Of a stretch of DNA of 64,000 bases, positions 42,193 to 53,401 are shown one piece after another. Source of the DNA: Christensenella sp. (GTDB lineage: Bacteria > Bacillota > Clostridia > Christensenellales > CAG-917); contig CP091723.1 of NCBI GenBank assembly GCA_022009775.1, positions 1,029,121 to 1,093,120 of the forward strand, given 5' to 3'. Within the stretch, counting starts at the first letter, position 1; each line of letters begins with the position of its first letter. The translations under genes were made by a program, and so were the position numbers. The notes below the pieces were generated by a model. That model was not told the origin of the DNA. It was given only the letters and a program-made list of their open reading frames with translations, and did no database searches.

Positions 42193-42582
42193 ATGGCAAC
42201 AAGAAGTAAACAAAAAGCCTTGGATCGTCAAGCAAAAGCGGATACAAGACCCTGTGCAACGGCTAAATTCGTCAGAATTTCTCCTTTCAAGGTCCGTATC
42301 GTGCTCGACATCATCAGAGGTAAATCGGTAACAGAAGCACTCGCAATCTTGGAGAACACTCCCAAGTCGGCAAGCGAACCGCTCATCAAGTTGGTCAACA
42401 GCGCGGCTGCAAACGGCGAGAACAATCAAAATCTTGCAAGAAACGATATGTACATCGCAGAATGCTTTGCAAACGAAGGTCCGACCTTGAAGCGTATTCA
42501 AGCGGTCTCCAAGGGCAGAGCGTATCGTATCAACAAGAGAACAAGTCACATCACGGTCATTCTTGACACGGTGAAAGCGTAA
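42193..42582 (+). CDS. rplV: 50S ribosomal protein L22
   Basis: 129 aa, L22 family with short N-terminal extension. Confidence 0.9.
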   Translation: MATRSKQKALDRQAKADTRPCATAKFVRISPFKVRIVLDIIRGKSVTEALAILENTPKSASEPLIKLVNSAAANGENNQNLARNDMYIAECFANEGPTLKRIQAVSKGRAYRINKRTSHITVILDTVKA

Positions 42583-42595
42583 GGAGGTATATCAA

Positions 42596-43258
42596 ATGGG
42601 ACAAAAGGTTGATCCAAACGGTCTTCGTACCGGCGTTATCAAGGCTTGGAACTCCAAGTGGTATGCCGACAAGGCTCACTTTGCAGACAATATCGTAGAA
42701 GATAACAAAGTCCGCAAGTTCATCAAGAAGAAATACTATGATACGGCTATTTCAAAAATAACCATCGAAAGAGCGGCAGACAAACTCGTAGTCGGCATCT
42801 ACACGGCTCGCCCGGCAGTGCTTATCGGCAAACAGGGCGCAGGCGTTGAAGAAATCAAGAAAGAAGTTGAAAAACTCGTCTCCGGCGACAAGAAAGTCAG
42901 CATCAACATCATGGAAGTCAAACATCCGGATGCAGACGCTCAACTCGTTGCTGAAAACATCGCAAAGCAACTCGAAGGACGTGCATCTTTCCGTCGCGCG
43001 ATGAAACAAGCAATGTCCAAGGCAATGAAAGCGGGCGCAAAGGGTGTCAAGACCATGGTCAGCGGCAGACTCGACGGCGCAGAAATCGCAAGATGCGAAC
43101 AATATCGTGAAGGTTCGATTCCGCTTCAAACCATCCGTGCAGACATCGATTACGGCGTAGCGACCGCAAACACCACTTTCGGTGCGATCGGCGTGAAATG
43201 CTGGATCTACAAGGGTGAAATCCTTGGCAAAAATCCACTTGAAGGAGGAAATCAATAA
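42596..43258 (+). CDS. rpsC: 30S ribosomal protein S3
   Basis: [24 protein letters not shown]…. Confidence 0.95.
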   Translation: MGQKVDPNGLRTGVIKAWNSKWYADKAHFADNIVEDNKVRKFIKKKYYDTAISKITIERAADKLVVGIYTARPAVLIGKQGAGVEEIKKEVEKLVSGDKKVSINIMEVKHPDADAQLVAENIAKQLEGRASFRRAMKQAMSKAMKAGAKGVKTMVSGRLDGAEIARCEQYREGSIPLQTIRADIDYGVATANTTFGAIGVKCWIYKGEILGKNPLEGGNQ

Positions 43259-43694
43259 TGTTAATGCCTAAACGCGTCAAAAGACGTCGCCAAATGCGTG
43301 GCAGAATGAAAGGCAAAGCAAACAAGGGCAATATCGTCGCATACGGCGAATACGGTCTTGTTTCGACCGAGCCGGGCTGGATTACCTCCAACCAAATCGA
43401 AGCAGCCCGTGTCGCTATGACGAGATACATCCGTCGTGGCGGTCAAGTTTGGGTTGATATATTCCCTCACAAACCGGTAACGAAGAAACCTGCCGAAACT
43501 CGTATGGGTTCAGGTAAAGGTTCTCCCGAATACTGGGTAGCAGTAGTCAAGCCGGGCCGCGTGATGTTCGAAATCGCGGGTATCGACGAAGCAGTAGCAA
43601 AGAGGCACTTCGTCTTGCAGCAAACAAACTTCCCGTCAAGTGCAAGTTTGTCAAGGCTGAAGACGTCAACGGTGTCGAAGGCGGTGAACAATGA
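43258..43694 (+). CDS. rplP: 50S ribosomal protein L16 (homopolymer frameshift near 43599-43601)
   Basis: [15 protein letters not shown]…; correct C-terminus [30 protein letters not shown] is in the adjacent frame. Confidence 0.9.
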
Positions 43695-43906
43695 AATCGA
43701 AACAAGTTTTGGAAATGACAGATAAAGAGTTGCAAACAAAACTCAACGAATTGAAGTCGGAATTGTTTTTCCTCCGCTTCAAAAACGCCACCAATCAATT
43801 GACCAACCCCATGGTTTTGGTCGAAACGAGACGTGACATTGCCCGTATCAAGACTGTCATCCGTCAAAGAGAAATTGCTCGCGCGAAAGACGAAGCAAAG
43901 GGCTAA
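43691..43906 (+). CDS. rpmC: 50S ribosomal protein L29
   Basis: [30 protein letters not shown]…. Confidence 0.9.
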   Translation: MKSKQVLEMTDKELQTKLNELKSELFFLRFKNATNQLTNPMVLVETRRDIARIKTVIRQREIARAKDEAKG

Positions 43907-43918
43907 TCGGAGGAACGT

Positions 43919-44176
43919 ATGGAAGAAAGAAATCTCAGAAAAGAAAGAGTCGGTATCGTCGTGAGCGACAAGATGGACAAGACCATCGTCGTCGCAGTCA
44001 GCGAACGCGTTAAACATCCGCTCTACAAGAAGATAGTCAACCGCACCAAGAAGTTCAAAGCGCATGACGAAAACAACGCATGCGGCATCGGCGACAAGGT
44101 GCTTATCCAAGAAACTCGTCCCCTTTCCAAGGACAAGTGCTGGAGACTCGTCGAAATAGTCGAGAAAGCGAAATAA
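43919..44176 (+). CDS. rpsQ: 30S ribosomal protein S17
   Basis: 85 aa, S17 family. Confidence 0.95.
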   Translation: MEERNLRKERVGIVVSDKMDKTIVVAVSERVKHPLYKKIVNRTKKFKAHDENNACGIGDKVLIQETRPLSKDKCWRLVEIVEKAK

Positions 44177-44189
44177 TAGGAGGAGCGCT

Positions 44190-44558
44190 ATGATTCAACC
44201 ATTGAGTTGGCTTAAAGTCGCTGACAACAGCGGAGCCAAAGAAATTATGTGCATCAGAGTCTTGGGCGGTTCTTTCAGAAGAAGCGGAAACATCGGTGAC
44301 GTCATCGTTGCATCCGTCAAATCGGCTATCCCGGGCGGCAAAGTCAAGAAGGGCGACGTCGTGAAAGCGGTTATCGTTCGCACGACTTTCGGTCTCCAAC
44401 GTGAAGACGGCAGCTACATCAAATTCGACGACAACGCTGCAGTCATCATCGACAACCAAAAACAACCACAAGGCACTCGTATTTTTGGGCCTATCGCAAG
44501 AGAATTGCGTGACAAGGATTACACCAAAATCATCTCTCTTGCCCCGGAAGTGCTGTAA
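44190..44558 (+). CDS. rplN: 50S ribosomal protein L14
   Basis: [27 protein letters not shown]…. Confidence 0.95.
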   Translation: MIQPLSWLKVADNSGAKEIMCIRVLGGSFRRSGNIGDVIVASVKSAIPGGKVKKGDVVKAVIVRTTFGLQREDGSYIKFDDNAAVIIDNQKQPQGTRIFGPIARELRDKDYTKIISLAPEVL

Positions 44559-44573
44559 GAAGGAGAAAAAGTT

Positions 44574-44978
44574 ATGGCAAAATTGAGTGTTAAGAAAGGT
44601 GACAACGTTATGGTCATCAGCGGCAAAGATTCCGGCAAGGTCGGCAAGGTTTTGAAAGTCTTGCCCGAAAGCGGAAGAATCTACGTTGAAGGCGTCAATA
44701 TCGTATCAAAGAGCAAAAAGCCGAGAAACGCACAAGACAACGGCGGCATCATCAAGCAAGAAGGCACAATCGACGCATCCAACGTGATGCACGTTTGCGC
44801 AGGTTGCGGAGCAGTCGTCAGAGTTAAGCACGAAGTGAAAGACGTCAACGGAAAACAAAAATCCGTTCGCGTTTGCCCCAAGTGCGGCGCATCTCTCGAC
44901 GAGAAGAAACCGTCTGCAAAGAAAGTAGCGAAAAAGGCTGCAAAAAAGAAAGCAGAAAAGTCCGAAGATAAGGACTAA
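44574..44978 (+). CDS. rplX: 50S ribosomal protein L24 with a CxxC…CxxC zinc-ribbon insertion and lysine-rich tail
   Basis: KOW N-terminus [19 protein letters not shown]; insert [10 protein letters not shown]…CPKCGA; tail [19 protein letters not shown]; 134 aa. Confidence 0.9.
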   Translation: MAKLSVKKGDNVMVISGKDSGKVGKVLKVLPESGRIYVEGVNIVSKSKKPRNAQDNGGIIKQEGTIDASNVMHVCAGCGAVVRVKHEVKDVNGKQKSVRVCPKCGASLDEKKPSAKKVAKKAAKKKAEKSEDKD

Positions 44979-45072
44979 TACATCGGAGGTAATATCGTGG
45001 CAGAAAAGAAAAAATCAGGTTGCTAAAGCAGCTGCAACCGATCAAAATGCTGGTAATGCTGAAAGATATCGC

Positions 45073-45603
45073 ATGAGAAAACAGTACACGGAAGAAGTTG
45101 TACCGGCTCTCATCAAACGCTTTGGCTACAAGAACATCAACGAAGTTCCGCGTCTTGAAAAGGTCGTTCTCAACATGGGTTTGGGCGATTGCAAAGACAA
45201 TAGCAAATCCTTGCAACTCGCAGTCGACGAACTCAAAATGATCGCAGGTCAAAAGCCCGTCATCACGACCGCAAAGAAATCAGTTGCGAACTTCAAGGTG
45301 AGAGAAGGAATGAACGTCGGTGCAAAAGTTACCCTTCGCGGCAACAGAATGTACGACTTCCTTGACAAGTTCATCTCCATCGCACTTCCCAGAGTCCGCG
45401 ACTTCCGCGGTATCTCTTCCAAGTCTTTCGACGGCAGAGGCAACTATGCTGTCGGCGTGAAGGAACAACTTATCTTCCCGGAAATCGAATTCGACAAAGT
45501 CGAAAAAGTCCGTGGATTCGATATTTGCATCGTCACGACCGCAAAGACCGATGAAGAAGCACGTGAATTGCTCAAACTTTTGGGCATGCCGTTTGCAAAA
45601 TAA
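45073..45603 (+). CDS. rplE: 50S ribosomal protein L5 (start uncertain; possible upstream GTG 44997 with homopolymer shift)
   Basis: [36 protein letters not shown]… A strong ggaggt RBS precedes GTG 44997, whose frame joins after an A6 run. Confidence 0.85.
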   Translation: MRKQYTEEVVPALIKRFGYKNINEVPRLEKVVLNMGLGDCKDNSKSLQLAVDELKMIAGQKPVITTAKKSVANFKVREGMNVGAKVTLRGNRMYDFLDKFISIALPRVRDFRGISSKSFDGRGNYAVGVKEQLIFPEIEFDKVEKVRGFDICIVTTAKTDEEARELLKLLGMPFAK

Positions 45604-45613
45604 GGAGTGAACT

Positions 45614-45799
45614 ATGGCCAAAACATCAATGAAAATAAAGCAACAAAGACCACAAAAGTTCTCGACGCGTGAATATACACGTTGCCGTATTTGCGGACGC
45701 CCGCACGCCGTTCTTAAAAAGTACGGCATTTGCAGAGTTTGCTTCAGAAATCTCGCTTACAAAGGCGAGCTTCCCGGAGTGAAGAAGGCAAGTTGGTAA
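45614..45799 (+). CDS. rpsN: 30S ribosomal protein S14 type Z
   Basis: 61 aa with [20 protein letters not shown] zinc motif. Confidence 0.95.
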   Translation: MAKTSMKIKQQRPQKFSTREYTRCRICGRPHAVLKKYGICRVCFRNLAYKGELPGVKKASW

Positions 45800-45814
45800 G
45801 AGGAGGCACGAAAA

Positions 45815-46210
45815 ATGACTGATCCAATTGCAGATATGCTTACAAGAATTAGAAATGCCTTGACCGCAAAGCACGAAACGGTTGAAGTTCCGGCGAGCAA
45901 AATCAAGGTCGCAATAGCAGAAATACTCGTCAAAGAAGGTTACGTGAAAGGTTTTGAAATCGTCGAAGGCGCAGTTCAAGACAACATCGTCATCACTTTG
46001 AAATACGCACCCGTCAAAGGACAACACGTCGTTACGGGGCTCAAGAGAGTATCAACACCCGGTCTTCGCGTCTACGCAGGCGTGGATAACCTTCCGAAGG
46101 TTTTGAACGGTATGGGTATTGCCATCCTTTCAACGTCGAAGGGTATTCTCACCGACAAGGAAGCGAAAGCACAACACGTCGGCGGCGAAGTGTTGGCGTA
46201 CATTTGGTAA
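45815..46210 (+). CDS. rpsH: 30S ribosomal protein S8
   Basis: [15 protein letters not shown]…. Confidence 0.95.
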   Translation: MTDPIADMLTRIRNALTAKHETVEVPASKIKVAIAEILVKEGYVKGFEIVEGAVQDNIVITLKYAPVKGQHVVTGLKRVSTPGLRVYAGVDNLPKVLNGMGIAILSTSKGILTDKEAKAQHVGGEVLAYIW

Positions 46211-46221
46211 GGAGGCGCACT

Positions 46222-46764
46222 ATGTCAAGAATCGGTAGAGCACCTGTCCAAATTCCGCAAGGTGTACAAGTTACAATCAACGATCATCTCGTAACGGTGA
46301 CCGGCCCGCTCGGCACGCTCACCCAAAAGATCGACAAATCCATCGACGTCAAAGTTGAAGACGGACACGTTCTTTGCACTCGTCATTCCGACGACAAAGA
46401 CCATCGCGCTTTGCACGGACTTTATCGCGCGCTCATCCACAACATGGTGGTCGGCGTAACCAAAGGTTTTGAAAAGAGCCTTATCGTCAACGGCGTAGGT
46501 TACAAAGTCACTTTGAACGGTAACAACAAGATGACCATGAACATCGGTTTTTCTCATCCTGTTGATTTTACTGCTCCGGAAGGCGTCACCTTTGCACAAC
46601 CGCAACCGCTTGAAATCGTCGTCAAGGGCATCGATCGTCAACTCGTTGGTCAGACTGCTGCAACCATCAAGGCTATCAAACCGGTTGAACCGTATCACGG
46701 ATACGGCATTCACTACAAGGATGAGACCGTCATCCACAAAGTCGGCAAGAGAGCCACGAAGTAA
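46222..46764 (+). CDS. rplF: 50S ribosomal protein L6
   Basis: MSRIGRAPVQIPQGVQV…. Confidence 0.9.
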   Translation: MSRIGRAPVQIPQGVQVTINDHLVTVTGPLGTLTQKIDKSIDVKVEDGHVLCTRHSDDKDHRALHGLYRALIHNMVVGVTKGFEKSLIVNGVGYKVTLNGNNKMTMNIGFSHPVDFTAPEGVTFAQPQPLEIVVKGIDRQLVGQTAATIKAIKPVEPYHGYGIHYKDETVIHKVGKRATK

Positions 46765-46775
46765 TGAGGTGAAGT

Positions 46776-47144
46776 ATGATTTCCCAAAAAGATAAAAACG
46801 CAGATAGAATCATTCGTCACGCAAGAGTGAGAAAGAAAGTCGGCGGCACTGCCGAAAGACCTCGTCTTTGCGTGTACAGAAGCACAAACCATATCTATGC
46901 TCAAATCATCGACGACGTGAAGGGACACACCCTTTGCGCTGCAAGCACTCTCGAAAAAGACGTCGCAGCGAAAGTTGCAGACCTTTCCAAGAGCGAAGCG
47001 GCAAAAGTCGTGGGTGCGGCAATTGCTGAAAAGGCTCAAAATCTCGGCATCAAAGAAGTCGTGTTCGACAGAGGCGGCTATCTTTACACCGGCAGAGTGC
47101 AAGCACTCGCCGACGGCGCAAGAGAAGCCGGTCTTGAGTTTTAA
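46776..47144 (+). CDS. rplR: 50S ribosomal protein L18
   Basis: 122 aa, L18 family. Confidence 0.9.
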   Translation: MISQKDKNADRIIRHARVRKKVGGTAERPRLCVYRSTNHIYAQIIDDVKGHTLCAASTLEKDVAAKVADLSKSEAAKVVGAAIAEKAQNLGIKEVVFDRGGYLYTGRVQALADGAREAGLEF

Positions 47145-47155
47145 TCGGAGGAATT

Positions 47156-47674
47156 ATGGCAGAAAATCGTGATAGAAGAAACGATAGAAACAGAGAAGAG
47201 AACGACGGTTTGACCAAGAAACTCATCGCAGTCAACCGCGTCAGCAAGACCGTCAAAGGCGGCAGAAACATGCGTTTCTCCGCACTCGTCGTGGTCGGTG
47301 ACGGCAACGGCAAAGTCGGTATCGGCACGGGCAAGGCGGCTGAAGTTCCCGAAGCAATCGAGAAAGCAACCCAACTTGCAAAACGCAATCTCGTGGCTGT
47401 TTCTTTGAAAGGCAACACAATTCCCCATGCAACAACCGGCAAGTTCGGTCGTGGACAAGTTCTTCTTCTTCCTGCTGAAGAAGGTACCGGCGTTATCGCG
47501 GGCGGCGCAGTGCGTATCGTTCTCGAAGTCGCAGGCGTCAAAGACATCAGAACCAAGTCTCTCGGCTCGAACAACCCGATTAACAGTGCGAAAGCAACGC
47601 TCGAAGGACTTCTCAGCCTTCGCAACGCAGACGAAATCGCACAACTTCGCGGCGTAGACGTCGTGGCAGACTAA
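47156..47674 (+). CDS. rpsE: 30S ribosomal protein S5
   Basis: 172 aa; [19 protein letters not shown]. Confidence 0.95.
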   Translation: MAENRDRRNDRNREENDGLTKKLIAVNRVSKTVKGGRNMRFSALVVVGDGNGKVGIGTGKAAEVPEAIEKATQLAKRNLVAVSLKGNTIPHATTGKFGRGQVLLLPAEEGTGVIAGGAVRIVLEVAGVKDIRTKSLGSNNPINSAKATLEGLLSLRNADEIAQLRGVDVVAD

Positions 47675-47692
47675 TAAAGGGGGCGTACTACT

Positions 47693-47901
47693 ATGGCAAA
47701 GAAAGCAGCTGCACAAGCAGAAGTAAAATCCATCAAAGTCACTCTCGTGAAGAGCGCCAACGGCATTCTTAAGAACCAAAAGCGAATCTCGAAGCACTCG
47801 GATTGCACAAAATCGGCAATGCGAGAGTCTTCGTTGACGACGCTTGCGTTCGCGGAAAAATCGCCAAAGTTTCTCACCTTGTAAAGGTTGAAGAAGTTTA
47901 A
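47693..47901 (+). CDS. rpmD: 50S ribosomal protein L30 (homopolymer frameshift at A4 47778-47781)
   Basis: MAKKAAAQAEVKSIKVTLVKSANGILKNQK, then the correct continuation ANLEALGLHKIGNARVFVDDACVRGKIAKVSHLVKVEEV* is in the adjacent frame. Confidence 0.85.
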
Positions 47902-47913
47902 GGAGAAAGCCTT

Positions 47914-48360
47914 ATGAATATTCAAGACATCAAGCCCGCAGAAGGTGCAAGAACCGCAACCAAGAGAATCGGTCGTGGCGTCGGCTCCGGAATGGGCAAA
48001 ACATCCACTCGCGGACATAAAGGTCAATGGGCAAGAAGCGGTGGCGGCGTGCGTCCCAACTTTGAAGGCGGACAAATGCCGATGACCAGAAGACTCCCGA
48101 AGATCGGTTTCAACAACAAGAGATTCGCACACGTCTACAATCAAGTCAATATCGACGTCTTCAACAGATTTGAGGACGGAGCAGTTGTCGGTATAGATGA
48201 ACTTGTTGCAAGCGGTATTATCAAGAAGGTCGAGCCTTACGGACTTAAAGTTCTCGGCAACGGCGTACTTGAAAAGAAACTTACAATCAAAGCCAACAAA
48301 TTCACCGCGTCTGCAGTTGAAAAAATCGAAAAGGCAGGCGGCACAGTAGAGGTGCTATAA
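47914..48360 (+). CDS. rplO: 50S ribosomal protein L15
   Basis: 148 aa, L15 family. Confidence 0.95.
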   Translation: MNIQDIKPAEGARTATKRIGRGVGSGMGKTSTRGHKGQWARSGGGVRPNFEGGQMPMTRRLPKIGFNNKRFAHVYNQVNIDVFNRFEDGAVVGIDELVASGIIKKVEPYGLKVLGNGVLEKKLTIKANKFTASAVEKIEKAGGTVEVL

Positions 48361-49688
48361 TGTTTGAGACACTCAAAAACGCATTCAAATCGAAAGAGAT
48401 CAGGGTGAAGATTTGGCTCACCCTTGCTCTCATTCTCGTGTACAGAATAGGATGCTACATTCCTGTTCCGACGTTTGACGCGACCGCATTGACAAAGGCA
48501 TTCACCGAGCGAAATTCAGACTTTCTCGGACTTTTGAACATCTTGTCGGGCGGTTCGATGGCGAACGCTACGATATTTGCGCTAGGTGTCTTGCCGTTCA
48601 TCAACTCGTCAATTATCATGCAATTGCTTGCATTGGTCATTCCCGCACTCGAAAGATTGTCCAAAGAAGGCGATGAAGGCAGACAAAAACTTACGCAAAT
48701 CACGAGAATAGTCGCGATTGTGCTTGCAGTCGTTCAAGCAATCGGTATCGTGGTCGGATTCAAATCTTACATCCGCCCGATCTTCCCGTTTGAAAACGGT
48801 CAAGACAACGCAATTCTCACGATGGCTCTCACGATAGTTCTTTTGACGGCAGGCAGCGTCATGGTCATGTGGCTGAGCGAAAGAATTACCGAATACGGCA
48901 TCGGCAACGGCACTTCCATAATCATCTTTATCGGTATCATTGCGTCCGCAGGTACGACGATGGCAAACGCGTTCAAGTTGGTCGGCGCCAACTGGACTTA
49001 TATCTGGAACATTCTCGGATTTATCCTTATCGTCGTCGCGATCTTCGTGTTCATCGTGTTCATGGACGGCGCAGAGAGAAGAGTGCCCGTGCAATACTCC
49101 AAACAAATCAAGGGCAACAAAATGTACGGCGGTCAATCCACCTACATCCCCATTCGCGTCGGCGGAAGCGGCGTTATGCCGATAATTTTCGCAACGTCGT
49201 TGCTCATGTTCCCGCAAATGATCATCCAACTCTTTGCGGCAAACACCAAAGCGGCGGCATGGTACGAAACATACATGGGATCGGGCACGGCGGTATACTA
49301 TGTGCTCCTTGCAGTGCTCATTCTCGGATTCAGCTATTTCTACGCAATGATTCAGTTCAATCCGGACGACGTTGCAAGAAACATTCAACAATACGGCGGA
49401 TTTATTCCCGGTATCAGAGCGGGCAAACCGACCAGCGACTTCTTGAAGAAGGTCAACAACAGAGTGACGTTCTTCGGCGCTGTGTTCCTTATGCTCATCG
49501 CGCTCATCCCGACGTTCCTGTTCCGTGCACTTGCAATCGGCGACGGCACGTGGGTGAGTCCGGCACTTCCGTTTGCAAACTCGTTCTCCGCAACAGGTTT
49601 GCTCATCGTAGTCTCGGTTGCGCTTGAAATCAACAAACAACTCGAATCTCAAATCATGATGAAGCACTACAAAGGCTTCCTTAAGTGA
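48360..49688 (+). CDS. secY: preprotein translocase subunit SecY
   Basis: 442 aa, 10 TM helices, SecY family. Confidence 0.95.
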   Translation: MFETLKNAFKSKEIRVKIWLTLALILVYRIGCYIPVPTFDATALTKAFTERNSDFLGLLNILSGGSMANATIFALGVLPFINSSIIMQLLALVIPALERLSKEGDEGRQKLTQITRIVAIVLAVVQAIGIVVGFKSYIRPIFPFENGQDNAILTMALTIVLLTAGSVMVMWLSERITEYGIGNGTSIIIFIGIIASAGTTMANAFKLVGANWTYIWNILGFILIVVAIFVFIVFMDGAERRVPVQYSKQIKGNKMYGGQSTYIPIRVGGSGVMPIIFATSLLMFPQMIIQLFAANTKAAAWYETYMGSGTAVYYVLLAVLILGFSYFYAMIQFNPDDVARNIQQYGGFIPGIRAGKPTSDFLKKVNNRVTFFGAVFLMLIALIPTFLFRALAIGDGTWVSPALPFANSFSATGLLIVVSVALEINKQLESQIMMKHYKGFLK

Positions 49689-49783
49689 GAATCGACAAAC
49701 AAACTCAAATTTTTTCGGTGATGGCGCAAATCGTTTTTCGATTTGATTGCCATCACGGTGAAAAAGTGCTATAATAAATAAAT

Positions 49784-50404
49784 ATGAAAAATATTATATT
49801 ATTAGGCGCTCCGGGCGCAGGAAAAGGTACTCAGGCGGCAATGATTGCCGAAGAATTCAACGTCCCCCATATCTCGACGGGCGATATACTCCGTCGCAAT
49901 ATGAAGGAAGGCACTCCGCTCGGACTCAAAGCGAAGGCTTACGTAGAATCCGGCGGACTCGTTCCCGACGAAGTGGTCATCGGTCTTGTGAAAGACAGAC
50001 TCGAACAAGACGACTGCAAGAACGGTTATATTCTCGACGGTTTCCCCAGAACCATTGCTCAAGCCGAAGCACTTGACAAAGTCGCGAAAATCGATATGGC
50101 AATCAACATTGACGTTCCGTTTGAAGTCATCATCGAGAGACTCGGCGGCAGAAGAGTTTGCGTTTGCGGAGAAACTTACCACGTATCGATGCTTGGCGGA
50201 AAGAACAACTGCTCCCGTTGCGGAAAGGAACTTTTCATCCGTGACGACGACAAACCCGAAACCGTGAAAAACAGATTGAAGGTTTATCAGGAACAGACCG
50301 AACCGCTCATCGAATACTATCGCAATCAAGGCAAGATCGTCGATATCGCCGCAAAAGGCACGAAGGAAGACATCTTTGCCGACATCAAGAAGGTGCTTGA
50401 ATGA
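49784..50404 (+). CDS. adk: adenylate kinase (with CxxC zinc lid)
   Basis: [18 protein letters not shown]…; CVCGETYH…CSRCG lid. Confidence 0.95.
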   Translation: MKNIILLGAPGAGKGTQAAMIAEEFNVPHISTGDILRRNMKEGTPLGLKAKAYVESGGLVPDEVVIGLVKDRLEQDDCKNGYILDGFPRTIAQAEALDKVAKIDMAINIDVPFEVIIERLGGRRVCVCGETYHVSMLGGKNNCSRCGKELFIRDDDKPETVKNRLKVYQEQTEPLIEYYRNQGKIVDIAAKGTKEDIFADIKKVLE

Positions 50405-51138
50405 TACACATTAAAAGCCCTGCCGAGATCGAGTGCATGCGTCAATCGGGTGCGATCCTGAGAGATTGCTTGCTTTATCTCGAAGAAAAGGCGAAACCGG
50501 GCGTATCGACAAAGAAACTCGACGAATTTGCTTACGATTACATCAAAAAGCACAATTCAACTCCTTCCTTTCTCGGATACGGCGGATTCCCCGGAACGAT
50601 ATGCGCGTCAATCGACGAAGTCATCGTACACGGCTTTCCGTCAGAGAGAAGACTTAAAGAAGGCGAGATAATCGGAGTCGATTGCGGATTGGTGTTCAAA
50701 GGCTGGCAAGCCGACGCCGCAAGAACTTTTCTCATCGGAGAAGTCAGCGAAGAAAAACAAAGGCTCGTTCAAACGACGAGAGAGAGTTTCTTCGAAGGCG
50801 TGAAACAATTCAAGGACGGCGGACATCTCGGAGACATCTCTCATGCGATTCAAGTGTATTGCGAAGATCGCGGATACGGGATCGTAAGGTCGATGACGGG
50901 ACACGGAATCGGCAAAGAGATGCACGAAGACCCTGCGGTGCCGAACTACGGCAGAGCGGGACACGGACCGAAACTTCAAGTCGGAATGGTGCTTGCAATC
51001 GAACCTATGGTCAATATGGGAACGTGGCAGACGCTTGAAGACGGTTGGAAGTGCGAGACGCTGGACGGACAACCTTCCGCGCATTACGAAAACACTGTTG
51101 CTCTGACAGAAAACGGAGCGGAAATACTCACGCTTTGA
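50401..51138 (+). CDS. map: methionine aminopeptidase type I
   Basis: [20 protein letters not shown]…; 245 aa. Confidence 0.95.
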   Translation: MIHIKSPAEIECMRQSGAILRDCLLYLEEKAKPGVSTKKLDEFAYDYIKKHNSTPSFLGYGGFPGTICASIDEVIVHGFPSERRLKEGEIIGVDCGLVFKGWQADAARTFLIGEVSEEKQRLVQTTRESFFEGVKQFKDGGHLGDISHAIQVYCEDRGYGIVRSMTGHGIGKEMHEDPAVPNYGRAGHGPKLQVGMVLAIEPMVNMGTWQTLEDGWKCETLDGQPSAHYENTVALTENGAEILTL

Positions 51139-51140
51139 TT

Positions 51141-51407
51141 ATGGAACTGGGACTAATCGTTTATTCGAAGGCAGGTCGCGACCAAGGCGCATATTATGCG
51201 GTCGTTGAAATCGTGGACGAAAACACGGTGAAAATCGCAGACGGAGATTTGCGTCACATAAAGAACGCGAAACTCAAAAACGTAAAACATTTGCAATCTA
51301 CGGGCGACGTGCTCGAAAAGATTGCTGAAAAACTTAAAAACGGTATGCAGGTGTTTGACGCAGAACTGTTCAGCGCGCTCCGTTTTTACAATGACAATAA
51401 GAACTAA
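51141..51407 (+). CDS. KOW-domain small RNA-binding protein (conserved between map and infA in Firmicutes)
   Basis: MELGLIVYSKAGRDQGAYYAVVEIVDENTVKIADGDLRHIKNAKLKN; 88 aa. Confidence 0.6.
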   Translation: MELGLIVYSKAGRDQGAYYAVVEIVDENTVKIADGDLRHIKNAKLKNVKHLQSTGDVLEKIAEKLKNGMQVFDAELFSALRFYNDNKN

Positions 51408-51419
51408 AAAGGGGATTCT

Positions 51420-51638
51420 ATGTCAAAAGAAGACGTTATCGAAACCGAAGGCAAAGTCATCGAAGTCTTGCCAAAAACTCAATTCAGAGTTATGCTCAGC
51501 AACGGCCATGAAATATTGGCGTATCTCGGCGGAAAGTTGCGTATAAACAACATACGAATTCTCGAAGGCGACAAAGTGAAAATCGAAATGTCGCCATACG
51601 ACCTGACGAAGGGCAGAATCATCTACCGCAACAAATAA
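51420..51638 (+). CDS. infA: translation initiation factor IF-1
   Basis: [41 protein letters not shown]…. Confidence 0.95.
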   Translation: MSKEDVIETEGKVIEVLPKTQFRVMLSNGHEILAYLGGKLRINNIRILEGDKVKIEMSPYDLTKGRIIYRNK

Positions 51639-51677
51639 AGGTCACAAGCAAAACAACGCAAAATAAGGAGTTTAACT

Positions 51678-51794
51678 ATGAAAGTCAGACCAAGTGTAAA
51701 GCCTATGTGCGACAAATGCAAAGTTATCAAAAGAAACGGCAGAGTTATGGTTATCTGCTCAAAGTATCCAAACCACAAACAACGTCAAGGTTGA
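51678..51794 (+). CDS. rpmJ: 50S ribosomal protein L36
   Basis: [38 protein letters not shown], found by eye; below the ORF-track length cutoff. Confidence 0.9.
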   Translation: MKVRPSVKPMCDKCKVIKRNGRVMVICSKYPNHKQRQG

Positions 51795-51965
51795 TTGATG
51801 GGTTTGGCTTTTGACGTTTCAAGGCAACGCTCCGCCGAGGAATTTCAAAAGTTAAAATCGGCAAAAAGCGTAGGGCGGCTGGTTGCTACATTCCACAATA
51901 AAACGGCAACTACCTATGCGTGGCATATATAAAAAACATTTTTTTCACTATTTCGGAGGTAGAAA

Positions 51966-52334
51966 ATGGCAAGAATCGCCGGCGTGGATCTCCCACGCGA
52001 CAAGAGAGTTGAATACGGACTTACCTACATTTACGGTATCGGTCTTGCAACGTCTCAAAAGATTTTGAGCGAAACCGGCATCAATCCCGACATCCGCGTT
52101 AAGGATTTGACGGAAGATCAAGTTTCTCTCATTCGTGATTACATCGAACAACATTTGCACGTTGAAGGCGACCTTAAAAGAGAAGTCGGTCTCAATATCA
52201 AGAGATTGATGGAAATCGGTTGCTATCGCGGTGTTCGCCACAGAAAGGGTCTTCCCGTTCGCGGACAAAACACAAAACAAAACGCCCGCACGAGAAAGGG
52301 ACCGAAGCGCGCAGTTAGCCGCAGCAAGAAATAA
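51966..52334 (+). CDS. rpsM: 30S ribosomal protein S13
   Basis: [26 protein letters not shown]…. Confidence 0.95.
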   Translation: MARIAGVDLPRDKRVEYGLTYIYGIGLATSQKILSETGINPDIRVKDLTEDQVSLIRDYIEQHLHVEGDLKREVGLNIKRLMEIGCYRGVRHRKGLPVRGQNTKQNARTRKGPKRAVSRSKK

Positions 52335-52345
52335 GGAGGCGGACT

Positions 52346-52741
52346 ATGGCAGGTATTGCAAGAAAAGCTATTAAGAAAAGAAAAGATATCAAACACGTTG
52401 AAAAAGGTCAAGTGCACATTCACGCTTCCTTTAACAACACCATCGTCACCATCACGGATATGAACGGAAACGCAGTTTCCTGGTCTTCCGCAGGCAAACT
52501 CAAACTTCGCGGCAGTCGTAAATCCACTCCGTTCGCAGCACAAATGGTCAGCGAAGACGCTGCAAAAGTTGCTTACGAACAAGGCATGAGAAGCGTTGAA
52601 GTTTACGTCAAAGGCCCGGGTCAAGGCAGAGAAAGCGCAATCCGCGCACTCGGCAACGTCGGTATCGAAGTTACTCTCATTCAAGACGTTTCTCCGATCC
52701 CCCACAACGGATGCCGTCCGCCCAAGGCGAGAAGACTGTAA
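52346..52741 (+). CDS. rpsK: 30S ribosomal protein S11
   Basis: 131 aa, S11 family. Confidence 0.95.
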   Translation: MAGIARKAIKKRKDIKHVEKGQVHIHASFNNTIVTITDMNGNAVSWSSAGKLKLRGSRKSTPFAAQMVSEDAAKVAYEQGMRSVEVYVKGPGQGRESAIRALGNVGIEVTLIQDVSPIPHNGCRPPKARRL

Positions 52742-52757
52742 GAAGGAGAATTAAGTT

Positions 52758-53381
52758 ATGGCTAAATATACTGGAGCAGATTGCCGTCTTTGCAGACGCG
52801 AAGGTTGCAAACTCTATTTGAAAGGCGAAAAATGCGGTTCCACCAAATGCCCGCTCTTGACCAAGTATGCACCTCCGGGAGATCACGGCAAGGGAAGAAA
52901 GAAAGCAAGCGGATACAGCATCCAACTTCGCGAAAAACAAAAAACCAAACGTTACTACGGCGTCACCGAGAAGCAATTCAAGATGTACTATGACAGAGCA
53001 TCCGAAATGCGCGGCGTCACCGGTGACAACATGCTCGTCTTGATCGAAAGACGTCTCGACAACGTCGTTTATCGTCTCGGTCTCGGCACTTCAAGAGCAA
53101 TGGCTCGCCAAATCGTCAACCACGGTCACATCACCGTCAACGGCAAGACAGTCGATATCCCGTCCTATCTCGTAAAGGCAGGCGACGTTATCGCAGTCAA
53201 AGAAAACAAGAGAGATTCTGCACTTTGGACGGCAGTCAAAGAAACCAAGAATCTCAGCCTTGTTAAGTGGCTTGAATTTGACAACGCAACTTTGACCGGC
53301 AAAGTGGTCGCTCTTCCCCAAAGAGAAGATATCGATCTTGACATTCAAGAACACCTTATCGTCGAGTTGTACTCAAAATAA
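52758..53381 (+). CDS. rpsD: 30S ribosomal protein S4
   Basis: MAKYTGADCRLCRREGCKLYLKGEKCGSTKCPL…, zinc-ribbon S4. Confidence 0.95.
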   Translation: MAKYTGADCRLCRREGCKLYLKGEKCGSTKCPLLTKYAPPGDHGKGRKKASGYSIQLREKQKTKRYYGVTEKQFKMYYDRASEMRGVTGDNMLVLIERRLDNVVYRLGLGTSRAMARQIVNHGHITVNGKTVDIPSYLVKAGDVIAVKENKRDSALWTAVKETKNLSLVKWLEFDNATLTGKVVALPQREDIDLDIQEHLIVELYSK

Positions 53382-53401
53382 TTTGATTGGAGGATACAGT
53401 T

